A stretch of 64,000 nucleotides of DNA from Eubacteriales bacterium (GTDB lineage Bacteria > Bacillota > Clostridia > Oscillospirales > CAG-272), in the NCBI GenBank assembly GCA_045576315.1, contig JAZNGE010000003.1, positions 3,778-67,777 of the forward strand. Reading direction: 5' to 3'. Under the pieces are notes generated by a model, which was not told the DNA's origin, did not search any database, and worked only from the letters and a program-made list of their open reading frames with translations. The translations under genes were made by a program, and so were the position numbers. Below are positions 37,881 to 47,048 of the stretch, in pieces. Within the stretch, counting starts at the first letter, position 1. Every line of letters starts with the position of its first letter.

Positions 37881-39242
37881 TTATCCTATACTGATATCTT
37901 CCGTCGGCTCGGAAATCACGTTCTGACTCACGCTCTTACTGCCAAGTGCTACCGCAAGTGAGATGGGACCGACTCTGCCGAAATACATCGTTATTATAAT
38001 AATTAACTTTCCAAATGTGTTAAGCGTTGCCGTCAGGTTTCTTGAAAGTCCGACGGTTGCGGTTGCACTGACCGTTTCATAGACCGCATCAATGGCAGAA
38101 GCATTACTTGTTGCCATAAGGAGTATCGTAGCAGCCGTACCAATTGTGAGGAACATTACAACAACAGCAACCGCTTTCTTTATCGATTCTTCGGAAATGC
38201 GGCGACCGAAAAGGGTTGCCCCATTCTTGTTTCTTATCGTGGCGAACGCCGAACAAATGAGAACGGCAATCGTAACCGTTTTCATACCGCCTGCCGTTCC
38301 CACGGGGGAGCCGCCAACTAACATTAGGATGATGGATACGGCAGCAGAGGCGCTTGTTAAATTCTCCTGCGGAACTGTTGCAAAGCCTGCGGTTCTCGTG
38401 GTGACCGATTGGAAGAAGGACGCTTGAATTTTATCGAACAAGGACATTTCTCCAATAGTTAACGGGTTGGCATATTCAAAAACAAATATGAGAATTGCAC
38501 CGCCAATAATGAGCCCTGCCGTGACCGTAATGGCAATCTTTGAGTGCAAGGTCAGATGCCTAAATATTTTTCTGTTTTTCGGCGAGCGACTCTTAATGAC
38601 ACGAATCACGTCCCACCATACGATATATCCGAGGCCGCCGAGAATAATGAGCGCGGAGGTGACGATGTTTATTAAAGGGTTCGTAGCGTAATTGCAAAGA
38701 CTGTTTTCTGCAATAATATCAATGCCTGCGTTACAAAAAGCGGAAACTGAATTGAATACCGATATCCAAATACCCTTTGCGCCAAATTCGGGAATAAATA
38801 CAAACATATAAAGAATAGCACCGAATACTTCTATGATTAGCGTACCAATCAGTACGTTTTTAACAAATTTTGCGAGACCCGACATTGTGTTTAGATTGAA
38901 GGCATCCTGAATGAGCAAACGGTCACCAATGCCCATTTTCCGATTGAGAAGAAGCATCAGCCCCGACATAATGGTGATGATACCAAGTCCACCGATCTGT
39001 ATAAGCAGCAATATAACGACCTGCCCGAACACGCTCCAAGTGGATACCGTGGGAAGCGTAACGAGTCCTGTCACACAGGTGGATGTGGTTGCCGTGAAAA
39101 GCGCGTCAAGATACGGCACGGCTTGGCCACTTGCGGAGCTGATCGGTAATACCAAAAGCCCACTTCCCACAAGGATGGTCACAAGGAAGCTGAGCAATAT
39201 GATCTGCGTGGTCGAAAGCGTAATTTTCTTTTTCCTAACCAT
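37881..39242 (-). CDS. ktrB: TrkH/KtrB potassium uptake membrane subunit
   Basis: CVTGL, FCNAG, RTAGF, TVGLS filter loops. Confidence 0.92.
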   Translation of the reverse strand: MVRKKKITLSTTQIILLSFLVTILVGSGLLVLPISSASGQAVPYLDALFTATTSTCVTGLVTLPTVSTWSVFGQVVILLLIQIGGLGIITIMSGLMLLLNRKMGIGDRLLIQDAFNLNTMSGLAKFVKNVLIGTLIIEVFGAILYMFVFIPEFGAKGIWISVFNSVSAFCNAGIDIIAENSLCNYATNPLINIVTSALIILGGLGYIVWWDVIRVIKSRSPKNRKIFRHLTLHSKIAITVTAGLIIGGAILIFVFEYANPLTIGEMSLFDKIQASFFQSVTTRTAGFATVPQENLTSASAAVSIILMLVGGSPVGTAGGMKTVTIAVLICSAFATIRNKNGATLFGRRISEESIKKAVAVVVMFLTIGTAATILLMATSNASAIDAVYETVSATATVGLSRNLTATLNTFGKLIIIITMYFGRVGPISLAVALGSKSVSQNVISEPTEDISIG

Positions 39243-39728
39243 AAGATTTTCCTCTAAAAAGCATAAGGGAACCAACGTCCTCTGCAGTCAGCTGGTTCCT
39301 TTGATATCGTTTATTGTAATGCAATTATATCATAAAGCACACTGTTTGTCAATAATTTTTGAAATGATTGTTTGATGAATAGCGATTAAAAAAGAACACC
39401 TAATAATCCAAACCAAGATTTTTATTAAACGAATCAAAAATTGAACGATACCCCATAACCCCGACGAAAGGGGGATAAAGTGAACGATTTATGTTTTACG
39501 GTTGAAAACAAAAAAAGGCTTGCAAGGATGAAAAGACCGAGCAAGCCTCTATTTTTGCTATAAAACTCAACAAAAAGGGCAAAAACCCCCATTTTGGCAA
39601 TAAAAAAAGCCATAATACCGATATTTTTCGTATCAATATTATGGTTTCTTTATGCCTTAAACGTGATAAAAGGTGTCTGAACAAGGGTAAAAACGAACAA
39701 AAGGTGTCTAAACGCACTGGCAATGACC

Positions 39729-40289
39729 TCAGTTTTTGATGAGTTCCCATTCAGAATAAACCATATTTGCGTTTTTGTCTATATCCCAAGGGTGTGTCAT
39801 GGAAAGATTAAGCAAATATCTTGCGGGCGGTTTGGAAATGTATTTTTTATAGTGCTTAGCTACCTTCCAAAATTCCTCCATTGTATACTGTGCAGGAAGC
39901 TTTTCAAGTGCTGTTCTGAACTCATCTTCTTTTTCTTCCGGAAGATCAATCCAACAGTTTGTTATTGTCAGCGGTAGCTTTATTTCAGCAGTATCAAACT
40001 TACGCTTATAATCTGGATGCTCTTCAAAATATTTTTCTATTTCAACAAGGACATCGTCGAAAACAGGCTTCAACCAACGGGAATCCTCGCAGGAAAAATC
40101 AATGCGAGGCTTCATTTTTGCCGTGAAGCATTTCTTTAGAACTGCCCACTGACCTATAACTTGCCCCTTTTTCCAATGAACATCTTCCGAGTTATAGTCT
40201 TCAGTTGCAATATGTGGTTTAATATCAATCAGTTGCCAATATCCTGAACCATATCCAGTAACAAAATCTCCGATTTTTATTTGACTCAT
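39729..40289 (-). CDS. hypothetical protein
   Basis: 186-aa ORF with plausible RBS. Confidence 0.7.
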   Translation of the reverse strand: MSQIKIGDFVTGYGSGYWQLIDIKPHIATEDYNSEDVHWKKGQVIGQWAVLKKCFTAKMKPRIDFSCEDSRWLKPVFDDVLVEIEKYFEEHPDYKRKFDTAEIKLPLTITNCWIDLPEEKEDEFRTALEKLPAQYTMEEFWKVAKHYKKYISKPPARYLLNLSMTHPWDIDKNANMVYSEWELIKN

Positions 40290-40369
40290 AATCTTACCGC
40301 CCTTCGTTGATTTCTCTCATTATACCACACTTCTGCAAATAAATCAAGGCGTAGCCTTGTATATCATCA

Positions 40370-40576
40370 AATGATGCATCTCCTTCGGCGATATGAAGCA
40401 CTCGCTACGCTCGCATGAAGCGTTCCGCAAGCGGAACATGAAGCGAAGCGCGCCTTCGCATCCTCATGTGCCAAAGGCACACTTCATAGGGCGAAGCCCT
40501 GCTTCATTTTTCATGCGCCACAGGCGCGCTTCATTCAAAAAACGCACCTTTGTCGGTAGACAAAAGTGCTTTTTTC
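40370..40576. repeat. REP/MITE-like hairpin cluster
   Basis: three ATGAAGC followed by three CTTCAT copies separated by short GC hairpins. Confidence 0.55.
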
Positions 40577-40592
40577 TGGCAGGGGTAGCAAG
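40577..40592 (-). repeat. 16-nt duplicate of the tRNA-Gln 3' end (att-like)
   Basis: tggcaggggtagcaag identical to 40756-40771. Confidence 0.85.
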
Positions 40593-40755
40593 GTATTCGC
40601 TAAAGCGAAGATAAGCGCGCTTGACGCTTACGAGCTAGCTCGACGCGCTCTGCGCGGCGTATGTGAACTTGCAACGCTCGCAAAATGCTCGCGTCAATTC
40701 AAACCAGCACACCAAGCAACAAAAAGAGCCACTCACGAGGAGTGGCTCTTTTTGT

Positions 40756-40830
40756 TGGCAGGGGTAGCAAGATTTGAACTTGCGAATAGAGGAGTCAAAG
40801 TCCTGTGCCTTACCGCTTGGCGATACCCCT
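40756..40830 (-). tRNA. tRNA-Gln(TTG)
   Basis: cloverleaf; anticodon loop CTTTGAC; CCA. Confidence 0.95.
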
Positions 40831-40950
40831 TTGAATTATGCGACAATTAGTATAGCATATTTTTTTGCGCCTGTCAATACAAAAATAGGAAGATTCGTCG
40901 CTTCGGCATAAAACTATTTTCAAAAAACGCAATTTTTTTTAAAAAAGCTA

Positions 40951-40979
40951 TTGACAAACAAAAAAAGATTTGATATAAT
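40951..40979 (+). promoter_or_regulatory. sigma-A promoter of tRNA-Thr/Tyr
   Basis: TTGACA-17-TATAAT. Confidence 0.9.
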
Positions 40980-40994
40980 AAACAACGTTGACGC

Positions 40995-41069
40995 GCTGGT
41001 GTGGCTCAATGGCAGAGCAGCTGATTTGTAATCAGCAGGTTGATGGTTCGACTCCGTTCACCAGCTCCA
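40995..41069 (+). tRNA. tRNA-Thr(TGT)
   Basis: cloverleaf; loop TTTGTAA; CCA. Confidence 0.95.
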
Positions 41070-41077
41070 GTGTTTAT

Positions 41078-41162
41078 GGGGGAATTCCCGAGCGGCCAAA
41101 GGGGGCAGACTGTAAATCTGTTGTCACTGACTTCGCTGGTCCGAATCCAGCTTCCCCCACCA
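41078..41162 (+). tRNA. tRNA-Tyr(GTA)
   Basis: cloverleaf; loop CTGTAAA; long variable arm; CCA. Confidence 0.95.
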
Positions 41163-41386
41163 TAACAAAAGACCGACCCTTGTGGTCGGTCTTTTGTTAT
41201 GTCGGCGTAGCCGGGTGAGACACAGTGTGCCGAAGGCGCGCTGACCGCATACCGCCGAGGGCGGTATCTTGCGTAATGCGGAGCTTAAAGCTCCCATCAA
41301 ACCGAGGCGGAACGCTTGGCATAGAGCATTCTCCGCATAGCAACACCCGGCTTCCCTAAACCGACCCATGTGGTCGGTTTTTGTGT

Positions 41387-42403
41387 TTAAATCAAGAACA
41401 AAAATACCGTCATTGACGCAAGTATAATAAGATCGCTCTTCTTGTAGTGGAAGCCGCGGCGGTATATCGTGTATCCGACAAAGGTAAGCAGCTCGACAAT
41501 CATCCAGAATATCAAGCCAAGCTCGGCAAATGTCAGCATTCCGAGTATCGCGTAAGCGGGTATCAACGTGCGGAAGCCCTCGATAGAGTCGGATATCTCC
41601 TCGGTCTTTTCCATCGGTCTTTTGCCGAATTTTACGAAGAATTCGATAGCCGCGAGGCTTCCGCCAACGATCCAGGTGATGAGCCATACTATGTTTTGCC
41701 AACTATTCCAGAAGGTCGCGAAATCAAGGTTGTCTTTTTCGACTATATATTGATATGTCGTAGTCATCATATCTATCGTGCCCCAGGGAATAGCACAGTA
41801 GTCCGTTTCGAACATATAAGATCTGTCGAAAACGTTTTCAATAGCCGCAACAGCGAGGATCACTATAAACGTGGACAGTATCATAAACCATATACCGTCG
41901 CCCGTGGTGTTCGCATCGTTGAACTCGTACACCATAATAGAGTAGAGCGCAAGACCGAGCAGAACGCACAGCAAATAGTGTACTATCATCGGCGGAAAAT
42001 TGAAATACTCCGTACCGCGTATTAGCAGAAGAATGAAATTCTGAAGATAAGCAAGAGTAAACGTGCCTATCACGGTTATCGCGCCCGTAAGATAGTGCGC
42101 GAGTGCAATTGCTCTTCTCGATATGGGTAGGGCATAGGCGCAGTCAAGATTTCTTCTCTTCTTGAAAAAAGAGAATTCCATGACCGGCACTATATAGCAA
42201 AGCAAGCACATAAACAGCACGGGTGCGTAAAGGGTAGAGTGATAGTCTCTGACTGTTCCTTCTATCACGTGATTCCACTCGTCGTACGGCTGACCGTTTA
42301 TTCCCATTATGAACGTCAGGATCAAAACGGTTATAAGAATGTACATAATTGGCTTCAAATTTGAGCGCACGTGTGCGGAAAAATAAGACTTAAAGCCCGT
42401 CAT
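41387..42403 (-). CDS. ABC transporter permease
   Basis: multi-TM; YALPISR motif; follows the ATPase gene. Confidence 0.8.
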   Translation of the reverse strand: MTGFKSYFSAHVRSNLKPIMYILITVLILTFIMGINGQPYDEWNHVIEGTVRDYHSTLYAPVLFMCLLCYIVPVMEFSFFKKRRNLDCAYALPISRRAIALAHYLTGAITVIGTFTLAYLQNFILLLIRGTEYFNFPPMIVHYLLCVLLGLALYSIMVYEFNDANTTGDGIWFMILSTFIVILAVAAIENVFDRSYMFETDYCAIPWGTIDMMTTTYQYIVEKDNLDFATFWNSWQNIVWLITWIVGGSLAAIEFFVKFGKRPMEKTEEISDSIEGFRTLIPAYAILGMLTFAELGLIFWMIVELLTFVGYTIYRRGFHYKKSDLIILASMTVFLFLI

Positions 42404-43281
42404 TTCAGCATTCCCTCCTTCCTGACGTCGTGTATGAAGGTCTCCTCAAAGTCAAGCGGCATCTCGTCCATAACCGCAGGCGAAAGAGCTTCAAGTCTCT
42501 CGCGCATCTGTGCCGCATCCCCCTCGAGAACTATCTGTACAAATCTGTTTTTAACGGTAAGCGACACGATCGGCAGACCGTGGAATGCGCTTTCCGTCAC
42601 CGCATCGGTAAAAGCAAGCTCAAACTTGCAAAGTCTGCCAACGTGCTCGGCTATATCTCCCTGACTCTTTATCCTGTTCGAGTCGATAAGAATAAACCTG
42701 TCGCAAAAATCCTCAAGCTCTCGCAGCGAGTGGCTCGCGATAAGCACGGTGGTCTGCCCCTCTTCCACAAGGTCGATGATAGCATCCTTAAATATCTTTC
42801 TCGACAGGGGATCAAGACCGTCAAACGCCTCGTCAAGCAGCAGGTATTTTGGCTTCACCGCAAGCGCAAGGGCAATAAACACCTGGCGGCGCATACCCTT
42901 CGAAAAATTGCGTACCTTAGCACCCGTGTCAATTTTATATGCCTGAAGCAGCTCTTCAAACACCGATTTATCTATCTTTGGATAGTGCGGCTTGTAGTAT
43001 TCGTACAGATCCATCGGCGTCATAAACGCCGTGTAATAAGGATCATCCGGCAAAAAGAAGATATCGCGCCTCGTTTCTGCCAGCGCAGGACTGTTTCCGT
43101 CGTAGAGTATTTGTCCTTCATTCGCCAGATACACTCCGGCAAGCAGGCGGAGCAGGGTAGATTTACCCGCGCCGTTTATTCCGACAATGCCAAGCACGGT
43201 GTTGTCCGGTATTTCAAGATCTATCTCGCGCAGCACAAGCTTGCCGCCCAGCGAATGCGAGAGATTTTTAATTTCAATCAT
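42400..43281 (-). CDS. ABC transporter ATP-binding protein (YtrB-like)
   Basis: GINGAGKST, FSKGM, LLLDEAFDGLD. Confidence 0.93.
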   Translation of the reverse strand: MIEIKNLSHSLGGKLVLREIDLEIPDNTVLGIVGINGAGKSTLLRLLAGVYLANEGQILYDGNSPALAETRRDIFFLPDDPYYTAFMTPMDLYEYYKPHYPKIDKSVFEELLQAYKIDTGAKVRNFSKGMRRQVFIALALAVKPKYLLLDEAFDGLDPLSRKIFKDAIIDLVEEGQTTVLIASHSLRELEDFCDRFILIDSNRIKSQGDIAEHVGRLCKFELAFTDAVTESAFHGLPIVSLTVKNRFVQIVLEGDAAQMRERLEALSPAVMDEMPLDFEETFIHDVRKEGMLK

Positions 43282-43630
43282 TGCCGTAAACCTCCTCTAT
43301 AATTGATAAAAGCTCGTCTTTTCCGACGCCCGCGTCCTTAAGGCGCACTAAAGCGCTCGTCGCCTCGCTCGTAAGAGCATCGCACCCCTCGCCCTCGCGC
43401 CCGTAGATGACGAACGCGCCCTTCTTGGGCATCGAGCGTATAAAACCGCGCTCCTCAAGCAGCGAATACGCGCGCTGTACCGTGTTGGGATTTACTCCAA
43501 GCTCGCCCGCCGCCACTCTGACGGACGGCAGCTTTTCTCCTGACTTGATAACCCCCAGCGCAATGTATTTTTCATATCGCTCGGCTATCTCAAGATAGAC
43601 CTCGCGCTTTGCTGAAAAAGCCCTCGCCAT
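43274..43630 (-). CDS. GntR (YtrA-subfamily) regulator
   Basis: KLPSVR...GVNPNTVQRAY..LE. Confidence 0.92.
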   Translation of the reverse strand: MARAFSAKREVYLEIAERYEKYIALGVIKSGEKLPSVRVAAGELGVNPNTVQRAYSLLEERGFIRSMPKKGAFVIYGREGEGCDALTSEATSALVRLKDAGVGKDELLSIIEEVYGND

Positions 43631-43646
43631 CTGAAAACACCCCTTT

Positions 43647-43682
43647 CTGTATTATCTGTATTAACTGTACTAACTGTATTGT
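43647..43682. promoter_or_regulatory. likely YtrA-type operator, 4 x 9-bp tandem repeat
   Basis: ctgtattat ctgtattaa ctgtactaa ctgtattgt upstream of GntR. Confidence 0.65.
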
Positions 43683-43795
43683 ATCACTGCTCCCCCCGCT
43701 TGTCAACCACTTTTTGCAAAAAAAATCAAATATAAACATTTTTTCAAAAACACCTTGACAAACATTCGCTGATTTGATATAATACTTTTGTTTGA

Positions 43796-43871
43796 AGGGG
43801 TGTAGCTCAGTTGGTAGAGTACTGGTCTCCAAAACCATGGGTCGTGGGTTCGAGTCCTTCCGCCCCTGCCA
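43796..43871 (+). tRNA. tRNA-Trp(CCA), likely prophage att site
   Basis: cloverleaf; loop CTCCAAA; TTGACA-17-TATAAT promoter at 43755-43783. Confidence 0.95.
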
Positions 43872-44168
43872 AAACAAAAAGCCTTGATTTTCCTAGGGTT
43901 TCTAGGGATTTCAAGGCTTTTTTCTATTTTTGGTCATTCCGTTTCACACCGTTTGACACCGTTTGGGGTAGGTTTTTACGGGGTAAATGTGGGGTAGTAG
44001 AATTTGTAGGGGCAGAATATGGCTTGTATATCTCGGCGAAATAGGGAGCGCGGAGGGGCTGACAGAGGTAACAAAGGCTTTTTGCTCGCAAAATGACTTT
44101 ACAATAAAAAAGTGTAAAGATTTCCAAAAAAGTATAAACAATTCCAATAAATCCGTGCTATAATGGTA

Positions 44169-44297
44169 TCGTCAAAGAGTATAAGCAAATGACGAAATAG
44201 ACCAACTTCTTGCTCGGTTGTCTCTGATGTCTGCTCCGATGACCTCCTTTATCTACACATAGAAAATGCACTACGGTTATGCCGCGGTGCATTTTTT
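44169..44297 (+). ncRNA. putative small RNA
   Basis: TGcTATAAT 44156-64, 5' hairpin, anti-SD GACCTCCTTT, terminator 44263-44297; no ORF with RBS. Confidence 0.4.
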
Positions 44298-44301
44298 ATT
44301 C

Positions 44302-44377
44302 GCAGATGTAGCACAAACGGAAGTGCGCTTGACTTGTAATCAAGTGGTTGTGCGTTCGACTCGCACCATCTGCTCCA
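44302..44377 (+). tRNA. phage tRNA-Thr(TGT)
   Basis: gcagatg/catctgc acceptor stem; loop CTTGTAA; TTCGA T-loop; CCA. Confidence 0.85.
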
Positions 44378-44417
44378 AGGCTTATTGACTTCAAAGAACG
44401 GATGTGATATAATAGAT

Positions 44418-44990
44418 ATGAGTAAAAACCATTGGGAAACTCAACCGAGAGACGAGTACGGTAAGTTCGCCAATAGTGGAACGCCGCGCACATATAGACA
44501 AAACGCTTCGTATAGCGAAATTGCAAGCAGCTCACAAGATGCGGAATTAGCAGAATTTGACGAATATGTAGCAAAATTAATTTGCAAGGCTTATGGAATC
44601 GATCCCGGTGAAGATGCAAAACAAAGTTTTTATGAGTACTTTGAAAACAAAATGCAAGAATATGAGCCTGCTATCGAAGTTCCTGAACATAAATTTAAAC
44701 TCAACCCCAAGTATATTTCCAAATCGGATAAAACAACCCCGATTGCAGCTCCCGATGTTGAGTTCCCCAGAGATCATTTGTCAATACTGAAAACAATGTG
44801 GTCGGATTATGAAGAAGGAAAATGCAAGCCACCTGAAAGAAAAGGTATTAAATTCTTCAACATAGACAACACGATTTATATAACTATCGGAGAATATCCC
44901 AATTTTTATGTCACCAACGCAAAGACATATGATAGCACATTTAATTTGGAAAGCGCATTAAAGAGGATTATGTATGGAAAACACAAATGA
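44418..44990 (+). CDS. moron protein with N-terminal QPRDEYGKF motif
   Basis: own TTGACT-17-TATAAT promoter 44385-44413; AT-rich; no RBS. Confidence 0.7.
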   Translation: MSKNHWETQPRDEYGKFANSGTPRTYRQNASYSEIASSSQDAELAEFDEYVAKLICKAYGIDPGEDAKQSFYEYFENKMQEYEPAIEVPEHKFKLNPKYISKSDKTTPIAAPDVEFPRDHLSILKTMWSDYEEGKCKPPERKGIKFFNIDNTIYITIGEYPNFYVTNAKTYDSTFNLESALKRIMYGKHK

Positions 44991-45216
44991 AAAGTATATA
45001 AATGATCTTTTTGAAGAAATGCTGGATCTTTGCGAAGAGCGAGGCTTGACAGGCGAGGAAATGTTTGTCATCGGTGCTATGGTTGATGACAAAGAGTCGG
45101 CAGCTCGTTACGGTAAAGAGGAATCGATACGCATAGCAATGTCAGCGATCAAGATTTGCAGAAACCCCGACGAAGTGTTTGAGGCTATCGAAGCGCTTTT
45201 TCTTTTCGATGATTAG
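44974..45216 (+). CDS. small acidic protein
   Basis: overlaps the previous gene; RBS. Confidence 0.7.
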   Translation: MENTNEKYINDLFEEMLDLCEERGLTGEEMFVIGAMVDDKESAARYGKEESIRIAMSAIKICRNPDEVFEAIEALFLFDD

Positions 45217-45292
45217 TTAATTTAATATGCAAGGCATCAAGAGGCACACCGCCCCTTGGTGCTTTTTTATTTGCCAAGAAAGGAGCAACGAT

Positions 45293-45730
45293 ATGGCAGA
45301 AGAAAATATAGACCTTGATTATATCGAGCCTGCCGCTTGCTTCGATACAGTTAAGGCGGCAAACGGAAAATCAGGGCGTCCACGAAAGGTCTTGAACTCA
45401 ACCGGTTTAAGAGTTGTTGAGGCGCTCGCAAAGGTTATGTGTACCGAGGAAGAGATCGCGGCTTGCCTTGGCGTTAAAACCGATACTCTGCACGCTTCGC
45501 ATAATGAGAAGTTATTTTTGGGAGCGTTAGGAAAAGGCAGAGAAAACGGAAAAATGTCATTGCGGAGACATCAATTTGAATTATCAAAGGTCAACGCAAC
45601 AATGGCTATTTGGTTGGGCAAGCAATACCTTGGTCAAACCGATAACATAAAAACAAATGCCAACGATGAGGAATCGCCGCTTGATAGACTTTGCAACTCA
45701 CTTGAGAAGGTGATAGACCATGGCAAATGA
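45293..45730 (+). CDS. terS: terminase small subunit
   Basis: GRPRK, HTH, MAIWLGKQYLGQ; directly upstream of terL. Confidence 0.75.
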   Translation: MAEENIDLDYIEPAACFDTVKAANGKSGRPRKVLNSTGLRVVEALAKVMCTEEEIAACLGVKTDTLHASHNEKLFLGALGKGRENGKMSLRRHQFELSKVNATMAIWLGKQYLGQTDNIKTNANDEESPLDRLCNSLEKVIDHGK

Positions 45731-47045
45731 TATTTTCACCGAGAAACAGCTCAAGGTGCTGCGGAATGCAAATCACCGTTGGAATATTCTTTCGGGAGCG
45801 ACACGAAGCGGAAAAACACACGTTTCTTATTTTCTCATCCCTTTGCGAATAAAGGAGCATTGGAATCACAATATATTGCTCGCAGGAAAGACGGTTAACA
45901 CTCTCGAAAGAAACGTTCTCGGCGTTATGCGCGGAATATTCGGAGCAGACAATATCGGAACTATCTCGAAAACAAATCAAGAAGTTACAATATTCGGAAA
46001 AAAGTGCTTTGCAGTCGGTGCAAACGATGACCGCGCGATAACGAAAATACAGGGCGCAGGTCTCGGATATGCTTATTGCGACGAGCTTGCAACCTACCCG
46101 GAAAATTTTTTTGAAATGCTCAAATCACGTCTTGATCTTCCGAATAGTAAATGTGACGCAACCTGCAACCCGGAAAGCCCGTCGCACTTTGTGAAAAAAC
46201 ACATCGACAAAAAGAATCTCGATGTTTATAACGAAGCATTCACGATATACGATAATACATTCCTATCCCCCGATTTCATCTCTAACCTAGAGAATGAATA
46301 TCGAGGGACTATTTATTTTGACCGGTGGATACTTGGAAAATGGGTGAAGACCGAAGGGCTTGTATATCCTCTTTTCAAGCGCGAAAAACATTTTTTGACA
46401 CCTTCGGAATTTTCAAAGCAGTACGGTCGCCATTCAATGCGTTACGTGATATGGGGTGGCGACGGTGCGACCACGAACGATGCTACGGCGATAATCCCTC
46501 TTGCAATAATGGATAACGGACAGGGCGTTGTGCTTGAGAAATTCTATCACAACCCGAAGGTTAACGGTCAAATGTCAAACGAGCAGCTTGTGCCGTACAT
46601 ACGCGAATACTTTACGGAGATGACACGCAAATACCGAATGTACGAAAACGGCGTTCAACATTACACTCCGATAGATTGTGCCGCATCAGACCTTATTATA
46701 ACGTTGGCTTATTCTCTACCGAGTATGTACAACGTGTACAAATATACGCAGAAAGACATTTTGCGAACTACCGATGTTGTTAATAATGCTTTTGGTCGTA
46801 ATTCGATCTGCGTGCTTAACTTCGGAGGCAACTACAACTATATTAAACACCGTTTTGAAGAGGGCGACGATCAGCTAGTCACCGATCTTGAAAATATGGT
46901 GTGGGATGAGAGTGGCAGAGGTTACGACGCATCAGTTCCCAACGACTGTGCCGATGCTTTCAGATATGCAGTCAACGCGTACTATGCCAATCCTCTCAAC
47001 CTGTGGGAAACACCCGAAAATACATCACTTTACAAAGGAGGGTAA
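45720..47045 (+). CDS. terL: terminase large subunit (PBSX-like)
   Basis: GATRSGKT, YCDE, TCNP, RWILGKWV, ND..DAFRY. Confidence 0.93.
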   Translation: MANDIFTEKQLKVLRNANHRWNILSGATRSGKTHVSYFLIPLRIKEHWNHNILLAGKTVNTLERNVLGVMRGIFGADNIGTISKTNQEVTIFGKKCFAVGANDDRAITKIQGAGLGYAYCDELATYPENFFEMLKSRLDLPNSKCDATCNPESPSHFVKKHIDKKNLDVYNEAFTIYDNTFLSPDFISNLENEYRGTIYFDRWILGKWVKTEGLVYPLFKREKHFLTPSEFSKQYGRHSMRYVIWGGDGATTNDATAIIPLAIMDNGQGVVLEKFYHNPKVNGQMSNEQLVPYIREYFTEMTRKYRMYENGVQHYTPIDCAASDLIITLAYSLPSMYNVYKYTQKDILRTTDVVNNAFGRNSICVLNFGGNYNYIKHRFEEGDDQLVTDLENMVWDESGRGYDASVPNDCADAFRYAVNAYYANPLNLWETPENTSLYKGG

Positions 47046-47048
47046 ACG

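Noticed and set aside
43647-43682. CRISPR-like repeat
   Set aside because: 9-bp tandem units without spacers; fits a YtrA operator. No CRISPR array or cas gene seen in the window
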